A stretch of 63,944 nucleotides of DNA, counting the filler, from Hyphochytrium catenoides (Eukaryota > Protista > Hyphochytriomycota): NCBI GenBank assembly GCA_900088475.1. It is 12 parts of 12 records of this genome, joined end to end, with 100 filler letters (N's around TTAATTAATTAA, not from the genome) between each part and the next. Parts side by side here need not be neighbours in the genome. Positions count along the whole stretch, not along the records: positions 1 to 12,873 come from FLMG01003067.1; 11 more parts are not named here. One strand, given 5' to 3'. The notes under the pieces were generated by a model. It saw nothing but the letters and a program-made list of their open reading frames with translations. It was not told where the DNA came from and made no database searches. Numbering within the stretch: position 1 is the stretch's first letter; every line of letters begins with the position of its first letter. Positions 1 through 9,505 of the stretch are shown piece after piece. Both the position numbers and the translations under genes were made by a program.

Positions 1-798
1 TCCTTAAGAGCGAGTAAGCGGCAGTCCCAATCAGATCACTTCATTATCCCCTCCAGGACTACCCGCTAGTTGATAATCAACAGATATATCACGGCTGATC
101 ACTCTGTGACTGCCCTCTCACTTCTCACCCATCATAAAAGACCAATGAGCTCCCTGGTCCCCTATGATAACGAGAAGCTCGGCGCTGGTCGCTGGTCATG
201 GTGTCTAGTGGAGATCGAAGATGAAGATGAAGACATATTTTTTATAAAGCTTCAAGAAGCAAAATCAATGCTCACTTTACAGAGGAATCAATCTCTTAGT
301 CATCATGATCAGACTCTGTCCGGTTATCAAATGCTTTCCCCTGTAGGAAGAAGAAGACGCGAACCTTCTGGAAATCATCTGTGTTACAACCCTAGCGGGA
401 ATCTCCAAACGTCCCTCGCCTCAATCTACCCACCCATCCTCATAAAGCACGATAGGATCCTTAAGGATCCCATCCACCTTGATGAGGCTCTGTCTAGCAC
501 TCTCCAGAGCGTCTCCAGTAGTGGCGGCTGTGGGGTGTGTGGTGAAGCTGGCGGCCTTGGCTCGCTGGTCTGTGCGGGGATAAAGAGCTTGAGTCCTTCA
601 TCACGTTTCTATGGCCTTCCAGCCAACTGTCCCTCCACTTTCACTTTCTCTCTGTCAAGCAGGAAGTCTGTCGTCCTCTCCTCCTGGCATCGTTGCCTGT
701 TCGTCAATCAAATCTATCCCGCTTGGTAACCACCTGCTGCACGCTGGATCGGCTACGAGACCTATAGATCTTCTNNNNNNNNNNNNNNNNNNNNNNNN

Positions 799-2094
799 GG
801 GGATACCAAAGGATGCATCCACTGCTGATATCAAGAAGGCCTACAGAAAGCTAGCCATCAAGCACCACCCAGATAAGGGTGGGGATGTTGAGCAGGTACG
901 GTTTCCCCGATATCGCGCTTACGGTATCTTGAGCTCACTTTACTAAACTATACTCTCCTCAATAGTTCAAGAAGATCACTGTTGCGCATGAGGTTTTGTC
1001 TGACCCAGAGAAGAGAGAGCTATATGACAAAGTGAGTCGCGCATTACAGCGTTTAAAATTCACAGTTAGATAACATCGTCTCGTCTCATCACGTTCACTT
1101 GCAGTACGGAAAGGAGGGATTGGAGAACGGAGGAGGTAGAGACGCTTCGGATCTTTTTAGTGCACTGTTCGGTGGAGGCAGACGCAGACCTGCTGGTCCT
1201 CAGAAAGGAGAAGATCTCGTTCATCCTCTAAAGGTGTCCCTTGAAGATTTGTACAATGGCAAGACTGTCAAGCTCGCTGTCAACAGAGATGTCCTTTGTG
1301 ACAAGTGCGAAGGCCGAGGAGGAAAGGAGGGAGCGGAGAAGAGCTGTGATACATGCCAGGGCCGCGGTATGAGGATTCAGATGAGACAGATTGGCCCAGG
1401 AATGATCCAGCAGATGCAGTCAGTCTGCCAAAGCTGCAAAGGTGTTGGAAAGACAATTGATGCTAAAGATAGATGCAAGGGTTGCAAGGGCAACAAGGTG
1501 GTAAAGGAGCGCAAGGTGCTTGAAGTGCATGTGGAGAAGGGCATGCGTAACGGACAGAAGATTGTATTTCATGGCGAGGCTGATCAGGCTCCGGGCACTC
1601 TTCCTGGTGACATTATCTTCGTTGTGCAAGAGAAGGAGCATGATAGGTTTCAGAGGAAAGGTGCCAACCTCGTCATGGAGCAGAAAGTCTCTCTTGTTGA
1701 AGCTCTTTGTGGTTGTGAGTTCCTTATAGAGCATCTGGACGGACGCCAGCTGCTTATTAAGAGCCGCCCGGGTGAGGTCATCCGGCCGAACTCTCTTAAG
1801 GCAGTAGCAGGGGAGGGCATGCCTCACCATGGAAATCCATTCGTGAAGGGACAACTTTGCATTGTCTTCAAGGTCGAGTTTCCCAAGGATGGGGAACTTA
1901 CCGATGACCAGAAAAAGAAGTTGGAGACGATACTGCCTGGCCGGCCGATCGTTGTGGCTGACGATGATGCCGAGGAACATCTTCTTACCGAATTTGATGA
2001 GCATGCTGCTCGCGTAGAGTCCCAGAGAGAAGCATATGACTCTGACGATGAGCGTGGAGGCGGCGGCCAGAGAGTGCAGTGCCAGCAACAGTAA
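799..2094 (+). CDS. DNAJA: Type I (DNAJA/Ydj1-like) cytosolic Hsp40 co-chaperone; 5' end lost in or before the N gap 775-798; exons 799-895, 966-1031, 1105-2094
   Basis: J-domain with HPD (KAYRKLAIKHHPDKGGD), four zinc-finger repeats (CDKCEGRG, CDTCQGRG, CQSCKGVG, CKGCKGNK) and C-terminal CaaX CQQQ*. Two GT-AG introns (70 and 73 nt) restore the frame. Confidence 0.97.
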
Positions 2095-3060
2095 GATTTC
2101 AAGAATGAAGCCGATGCCTATTACGCATGCTTAGCTCAAGAAGAGGAGTGAGTTCAACGTATGATGTTAAGTTAACGAGACGAATCACCTATCAAAAGAA
2201 AGCTTACTTTGGACTCAACCTCCCCTGTTTATGTTCCTTCTACATTTTGCATGAAGCTTCACAAAGCGGCGGAGACAGCTCTTGACGCGGAGCATCCAAC
2301 ATCTATTTGTCCTTAGTAACCTCATATGCTACCATATTCACGCTACTTGCACTTCTTTCTGAAGACTGAGAATTCAGTTATAGCTGAGAACTTTATTAGA
2401 AACCCTAACAGGTAACGACACCTCAGAATCCTTCTCACACCATCTGCCAGACCTGGGATTGTCTACTGGGTGCCATGTTATGAGACGTATAGAGCTCAAC
2501 TCCTTTCTTCTTCTGGCACGACGACACCTTCATACGTGGACCACTTCCCGTCAACTGGTAGCTAGGCCCATGAATCAATTTTTGCTAGGACATGAGGATA
2601 ATTTTGAGCGACCTACCAGCGCACTCTCAAGGCGAGAGTTCTTATGGCTATGATCGTCGACGTGTCTCACTTCTTCGTCAAGACATGATGTTTGTTGCAT
2701 GAGGACTTGCGATGGGCTTGCCATGAAGAACTAACAGCGAGGAGTAAATGGCGATCATCAACCTGATGTAAGGCATACGCTCTTCCAGGCTTGTCCATTG
2801 TTCTTGCAAATCTTCATTATTACTAGCTGATGGCCGTTAGCGGTTCTAGCTGCGAATCAAGATGGGTTATAGATCTTGCGAATCTGCGGCATCGGTCCTT
2901 GAAGGAGCAATAGCAAGGGACTTTATCACTGGGAACAAGAAGGTGGAGTCATAAACCTTGCGTCATCCTCGCCAGCACGGACGACAAGCAGCAGAAGAGG
3001 CCGTCCTAGAATAGCTGTTACATGGAGTAGAGGGCGATAGTGATTTCTGGACTCAGCGGT

Positions 3061-4493
3061 ATGTTGCTTCGTGGCAAGAATGCTCTAGTTGTGGGAGTGG
3101 CAAGTAAGCACTCGATAGCTTGGGCCGTTGCACAGGTCAGTAATGAGTTTTCTTAGATAAATGAACCCTTACTCGACGAAAGCTATAGCAGCTCAACGTG
3201 TTTGGTCTTAGGCCTGGAAAGCAGCGGGCGCCAATGTTGCTCTCACCTTCCAATCAGAACGGCTACGACCTAACGTAGCAAAGCTCGTGTCCCAGTGGGA
3301 TGAAGGGAAGCCCTCCTCAAGTCGCACACTCATCATACCCTGCAACATTGATGATGAAGAGGAGCTGGATAAGACAATCGATAGCGTTGGGAGCGCCTTT
3401 GGCGGCCGCTTGGATGCAGTCCTTCATTCTGTGGCCTACGCATCAGCAGGAGCAATGAAGAATCCTTTTCTTGAAACTTCCGCCCAAGACTTCGACATAG
3501 CTCACCGCATCAGTGCATATTCACTAGTCGCTCTTGCCAAAAGGACATCCGTGTTATTGGACGGCTCTGGAGGGGGCAGCATGATCGCTTTGAGTTATTA
3601 TGGCGCTGATAAGGTTCAGTTCCTCATCCCTAACCCTGACCGTATCTCCACCTCGAAGGAGTCCTCTCTTCTCTTTCTCTCTACCTAACATCCTTAAGAG
3701 CATGCAATGTGACGTGATACTAGGTTCTCGCATCTTTCTTTCCGAGAAGCGTTGTGCATCCCTTTCCCTCACCCATGTCGCTTCTTCAATGGTTAGGTCA
3801 TCCCTAACTATCGTGTTATGGGTCCTGCCAAAGCTAGCCTTGAAGCTTGTGCAAGACAGCTGGCCTACGAGTTGGTGAGAACTTTGAGACAAGCTACCTA
3901 TTATGTATCGTCTATGTGGGCACCCATTGGATTCATCTCTACCTTCTTCTGGTAACCCCTTCCTACTGCCTCCCGTTATTCTGTGTCCCGTATTACCAGG
4001 GCCCAAGAAATATCAGAGTTAATACCATCAGTGCAGGACCTCTGAACACAATGGCGGCGAGGGGTATACCTGGCTTCTTGGTAAGTGTCATGGCCCTCTC
4101 TACTTCCGTCTTGGAGCCATTCCTTCCTAATGCATAGAATTGCATATCGCCTACCCGCACTTCTAGGATATGCTTAAGCACTCCGCCGCGAACTCAGCCA
4201 TGAGAAGAACCGTCACTCACGAGGAGGTAACAGTGCCCTTGTGGCTTTTCGTCAAGGCTCACCCTTTCGATCTCCTTCTAGCTTCTTTTGCAAGCATCAA
4301 CTTAACTGAAGTTCTCTAGGTGGCAAATACGGCTTTGTTTCTAGCAAGTGACCTGTCTACCGGCATCACGGGACAGAATATCTATGGTAGGCCTTACGTT
4401 ACCCATCATTTTTGCCTTATGACTTTTCAGCCTAACGATATCTGCGCAGTGGATTGCGGTTATAGCGTAATGGGCATGACTAAAGACTCGTAG
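3061..4493 (+). CDS. fabI: Enoyl-ACP reductase (NADH), bacterial FabI type, ~268 aa; exons 3061-3135, 3212-3613, 3797-3874, 4000-4080, 4167-4226, 4320-4386, 4450-4493
   Basis: The spliced product reads MLLRGKNALVVGVASKHSIAWAVAQ...LDAVLHSVAYA...ISAYSLVALAK...PNYRVMGPAKASLE (catalytic Y-x6-K)...IRVNTISAGPLNTMAARGI...ITGQNIYVDCG. All six introns are GT-AG and in phase. Confidence 0.93.
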
Positions 4494-4880
4494 CGAGAAA
4501 GCCCAAAGTGAGACGGACCTGTAAAATGTATAAGGACGAATGGTGTACCATTACTCTACAGTCGGGGTGTCCTCTTTGTTGGGCACTTTATAAAACCTAC
4601 AACACAAATTTCTATCTACCAGACCTCCTGTTGCTCGTTAGCTGAGCGGCTATGTCCTATCTCTGAGTTCGTTTCTCCACTTCTTACTTCTTACTCCCTA
4701 GTCCACAGGTTCCAATCTCTAAAGCGCGGTGTCTCTCTCTCTCTCCTATGCTGTTTCCTTCTCTCATTTCCAACTTTTTCCTACGATCATATCTGAGCAC
4801 AAATTACATCCAAAACTGTACAAGCTGCCAGCGCTAGTAAACTATTCTACAATCTACAAGGCCAGGGTACACAGGCACGT

Positions 4881-5351
4881 CTAAGATCTTGACAGGTGTA
4901 ATCCTAACCATGAGAAGACCCACCAGGAGCTGAGAGAGTCCACAAGGAACCGGCAGCAGCCGTAGACTGTGTTCAATATCAGGTCCGTCATCGCCCTTGC
5001 AAGGCCCAAAAATAGCACTGCATAGGTTAGCATCAGGCTTGAGACCATCGGCCAAAAAGAATCTGCATCTAGAGCAGCATTGAGCCAAAGGGTAACAGGA
5101 AGAGATTGCCGGAATCTTCTGTAGTCCCCGTCGCTGTAGAAAATCTCGTCCTTACTATCCACCAGGCTCGCACTTGACTCCACCGTGTAAATCTGAATAG
5201 AACGAGCGAAGCTCACTCTTTTCCCCTTGTCCTTGGTTGGAAGTCGGCCGGATCTGCTGCTGGAGTCCGTTCTGCATCGGTAACGACCATTACTATGACT
5301 GCTGCTTCTTCTCCTTGTACCTGAGCATTTTGGGTTACTGGATTCCTCCAT
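4881..5351 (-). CDS. Hypothetical protein with an RVxF (PP1-docking-like) motif; exon structure uncertain
   Basis: The ORF contains KGKRVSFARSIQIY followed by EIFYSDGDYRRFR. The 3' half may be intronic. Confidence 0.4.
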   Translation of the reverse strand: MEESSNPKCSGTRRRSSSHSNGRYRCRTDSSSRSGRLPTKDKGKRVSFARSIQIYTVESSASLVDSKDEIFYSDGDYRRFRQSLPVTLWLNAALDADSFWPMVSSLMLTYAVLFLGLARAMTDLILNTVYGCCRFLVDSLSSWWVFSWLGLHLSRS

Positions 5352-6330
5352 CACAGCGAGGGCGGCTTTTGGAAGGTATCAGCGATACTGCTCACAGTTA
5401 GGACCCGTGGGATAGTTTGGCGTCTCTGGAAGCCTTCTTCAGCGTAAGGCAAACAGCGCCAGGAGTCGATGCTGTCTGTCAGTCCCTTGCTACTTGAGAT
5501 AGCTCATAATACTCTGAGTTCTCCTGGCTAATAACTCAATAGTGAAATGAGGCATGCCCGTACAAACAGAGGTACTTCTAGCACTCTTCTAGAATCATCA
5601 GACAGCTTCACACGATTCGAGGCCATGCGTTCAATGCGATGACTGAGTGATTGTGGTTATGCCCATACCGAGGGGCGATGCTGCGATAGTGTTTCTTGGT
5701 CTTGTTTCCTGGTCTCCTCTGTGTAGGTTGTCGGTAGTTCTAGAGGGTAGAGGAGGTGCGTGCAGTTGAGTTGCAGCAGGTTGGAGCGGCCGCCACAGAG
5801 TGTAGGCGGGGGAGAAGGAACAAAGGAACAAAAGGAACAAAGTTGATAAATCACAATTAAATCATTGCTGCATGGGGCTAACCAGTAACCGCTTGCAGTT
5901 CAGATTTTCATGCGTTAGCGGTAGGATATCTTGTATCGCTATCAATAAACTAGTCTTTCGGTAACTCAGTCTACGGTAATCAGTCTGTAGACTTAGCAGA
6001 GTAATACGCACAGAAATAGCTTCAGAGCTTCGAAACAGCCGTAATAATAGGCTCTGTTTATGCATCTATCTCGCTCCTGGCAGGTCAGAGTATGCCACTT
6101 GGCTTGCCATCATCACTGCCCCATCATCATCTCGAAGTATGCGCTCTATGAACAGGCAACCTCAACAACGTCTGGAAGCTTCAAGAGCCAGTCTGGAAGC
6201 TTCACCTTTCTCCTTCAAACAGTACACTACCACTGCGGGCAGAGGCTCGGTTCTATCTAACAGATTCGGGCCCGTTTGGTTGGGCGGCGCGCCTTGAGGG
6301 AACGCGTCTTTGAGAACAGGACGGGGACCA

Positions 6331-8277
6331 ATGGCTCAGCGTTTAAAAACCTGCGTGGGATGGCTTCTGGCTTTGTTGATTGCCCTCTTTGGCGGCCACG
6401 CTATGGCTGAGGCAAGGCTACTTTCCTTAGATGGTGCACAGAGGTTTGATGCTAACCCGGAGACTGCCGTTTACCCTCCTCTATGAACTCTAGAGTATAG
6501 AGGAGGTCCTGGCCCTTGACAAAGAGGCGGATGCCGAGAGCCTATTGGGCAGACTACGAGACGATTTAGAGGACGCTAGAAGCCTGGGACTGAAGAGTCG
6601 ACATGTAATGCGAGCCATCGAGAAGGGTTGGTGGACGCTCTCCAGCCAACTCATTGATCTTGCTGTGGCAGAGGTATACCTGACTCCTCTTTCACTCTCA
6701 TGCCTGGACCTAGCACTTACCACACTCTCCTGCTTGCTAGGGCATCCGTGTGGAAAATGACCTAAACCTAGCAACCATTAGCATCAACAGAAAGCTTACC
6801 CAACTGAAGCGGCAAGTGCATGCAGCAAAACCAGACCAAAAGTACGCTAGTATCCGTTACCTCTGTGCTACCTTGCTGCTATACTCTACATTCCCTTCAT
6901 GCAATACAACAATTTGGGCCCACCTAGCCCACCTAGCCTACCTACCACCATTGATCGCTTCTGTCCACTAACCGTCTCCCATACACCCTTTCAACTGTAC
7001 GATTATCTCTACAGGATAGCTCCAGCCTTTCAATGGGCTCAAAGGTACAGAAGTGTAGTCTGAACTCTCTATGGAAAAAAGTTTCGAATGGCTCATGCAC
7101 ATGCGACTCTGGTTCTTCATCTTTCTATCTGGTCTCTGCAGCGCTGACTCCGTGTACATTGAGATCAAGTTCGCACACAAACTTGATGCACCAGCAGCAT
7201 TGGGAGTAAAGAAGGATGTCCTGGATATTGCGCAGCGTAGGGTTGACTTTGTTGCTAGCAAGGACCACAAAAAGTTTGAGCTGTCCATCGCACTTGAGAA
7301 CGACATTGTCCCTGAGGTACAGGGCCTTTTAGGACATAGAGGCTAATCTCCCCGTCTGTTTTGCAAATCTAACCAGCTTCTGTTGCCTCTCTCGCTCTAT
7401 TTTCTGTCTTACCTGAAAATAACCCCATCAGGAGTCAACCTTCTCTATGGCGTCCGTAGGGCGATGCACTTTAGTACTTAAGAAGAAGGAGAAAGTGGTT
7501 TGGCAAAACCTTATTCCAGACAGCGAGACCCGCCCTCAGAACATGCATATCTGGTGGGAGATCAAGGTAGGAACCTTTCCTGCTACTCTTAGGCGTCTGT
7601 TTCAACCAACAATCAATGGTCCTATTGCAATTCTTCTACTTACATCGCTCCGGCTCCCAATAGGAAAAGTATCAGAAAGAGTTGAAGGATTTGGACAAGA
7701 ATGAGGTTGGTCAAGTCTTCTCCGGTTGCTCAAAAGTAACCTGGAAGTAATAATGTTCTCTAGTCTGTTTCTGTGGAGCCAAAAAGAAAGAGGAAAAGAA
7801 AGAAGAAGCAGGTGCCTGCTGCTAGAACACTGCTAGCAGAGAAGAAGAAAGTAGATCAGGTTCTCTATTGGCTTTTTATGCGTGGGCGGATGAACTATTA
7901 CTGACCGCTTGGCCCTCATATAGGAAACGGACGCAAAGTTGAAGGAGCTGATTGCAGAGGCGAAGAATCAGAAGAAAGCCATTGATGATGAGAGCAATGA
8001 GAGAAAGAAGAAAATCGATGATGGTGAGGTCCTTTTTTGGCTCAAGGAGGCTTAGTAGACACTAAAAAGCGCTGTAGATCTGGCAGATAAAAAGGCAGCC
8101 CTTGAAAATGAAGCGACTGAAAGAAGAAAGAAGCTTGAAGAGGAGTACCAGCCACAAATCAAGGACCAGGAGGCAGAACGTGATGCAAAGGCAGCTGCGG
8201 CTGCTGAAAGTGTAGCAACAGAGGGAGAGAAGGAAGATTCCCCTGCCACGGAAGTCAATGGAAAGACTGAGCTTTGA
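6331..8277 (+). CDS. Signal peptide + p23/CS-domain protein with a coiled-coil tail and C-terminal KTEL, ~379 aa; exons 6331-6411, 6494-6673, 6741-6841, 7015-7044, 7142-7316, 7432-7566, 7664-7705, 7764-7859, 7924-8023, 8078-8277
   Basis: N-terminus MAQRLKTCVGWLLALLIALFGGHAMAE; CS/p23-like segment IAPAFQWAQSADSVYIEIKF...KFELSIALENDIVPEESTFSMASVGRCTLVLKKKEKVVWQNL...NMHIWWEIK; ends NGKTEL*. Exon phases sum to 1140 nt. Intron 1 is probably GC-AG. Confidence 0.8.
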
Positions 8278-9505
8278 TCATAAGCGGCTGCTATTATCGA
8301 GCTTGCGGAAAATAATTTATTGGCGTTGACATCAAGCACTTGCCGCATTGACCGCTTAGCGCTGTAGAGGATACAGAAGCCCCTCCTTAGTACACACTTC
8401 GATGATCTCTTGCATTGAAATCAACGCGGGTAGGAATATAGAGTGTGAGGTTACAATGGAAGGCAGCGTGCAAACCCTCCTCCAGCAGCTGCTGATGAGC
8501 ATTGAGGTCACCGATCTCTGATCTGGCTGTCTGTATCGTTCGACTGCCCTATCTCTCGGGTGACGTCAGAGAGCAGGACAATGCTAGTACGCTTATTATG
8601 GGCCTACACGTGTGGATCAAGAGAAGCGCCAGGACACTTTCAGCCACTAGTAGAGTACCATCAATCATTGGACTGGCTGCCTGGCTTGGACGATTGGCAA
8701 CGAGGAAGAAGATGAGCCGGCTGATCACCTTCCTTGCCATCACGGCCATCATCGATCATTGATGCCTTCCTCCCTTGACCTTTGGGCCATCCTCTCACTC
8801 CTCCTCCAGTACCATTTCCATCCTATATAATAAGCCATTTCATGGACCGAATTCCTCACTAGCAGTTCATAGATTCCATATAGCTATGTTGAATCTCTAA
8901 GAGGCGCGGCCCCTCGACGTGGTAGGTCGACGACCTTCCCCTAGGATAACTTACATCCAGGAGACTGCTCTGGCCCCGGGAGGGAAAGGGGACTCACCTC
9001 TTTCTTGGAACAAGCCCTTTGCATAACACAACAAAACGTTTCGGAGACAGAGAGCCACAGAGATATAAACTACTCTGAGCATAAGCGTCAGGAGTGGGAG
9101 AAAGAGTGAGGGAGAGAGAACGCCAGGGCCGAAGACGAAAGGACATTCTCACCTACGCCTGACACTGGTCACTCGGGCGACCGACATGTCTGCGTAGAGA
9201 TCATCAGATGTGAGCCTTCCTGAGGTGAGACAGAGAGGGGAAAGGGAGAAAGAAGAGAGAAAGGAAGAGAGAAAGAAGAAGTCCGTCCGCGCTCGTCAGA
9301 AGGAGCTACATCTGCCAAGCTCCGTCCTGGTTATTAGCTCGTGCTTTCGCACAGCGGAGTGGCAAGCTCACAGCCGTTCAAAGACGACACCAGGAGTTCC
9401 GGAGCAAAAGTCTTTTTCATAGCTTCACCAGCTAGTGAAGACTTGTTCCTTCTTTAAGTGCGCCCGAAAGCGCTAGCTGCTCGTCGAGCAGCAGAGGGTC
9501 AAGCC

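Noticed and set aside
455-470. Perfect 16-bp palindrome GGATCCTTAAGGATCC
   Set aside because: It is real but isolated, with no second copy or associated feature.
70-729. 219-aa ORF upstream of DnaJ
   Set aside because: Non-ATG start, no recognisable domain, and it does not supply the missing DnaJ N-terminus.
1420-2088. 222-aa antisense ORF over DnaJ
   Set aside because: It is a shadow frame of a conserved coding exon.
3022-3030. TAG reassignment (non-standard genetic code)
   Set aside because: TAG ends fabI and the DUF445-like gene at the expected positions, and no in-frame stops remain in conserved exons after splicing.
799-8277. DnaJ and p23-like genes as a chaperone cluster
   Set aside because: They have different predicted compartments and unrelated genes lie between them, so chance adjacency is sufficient.
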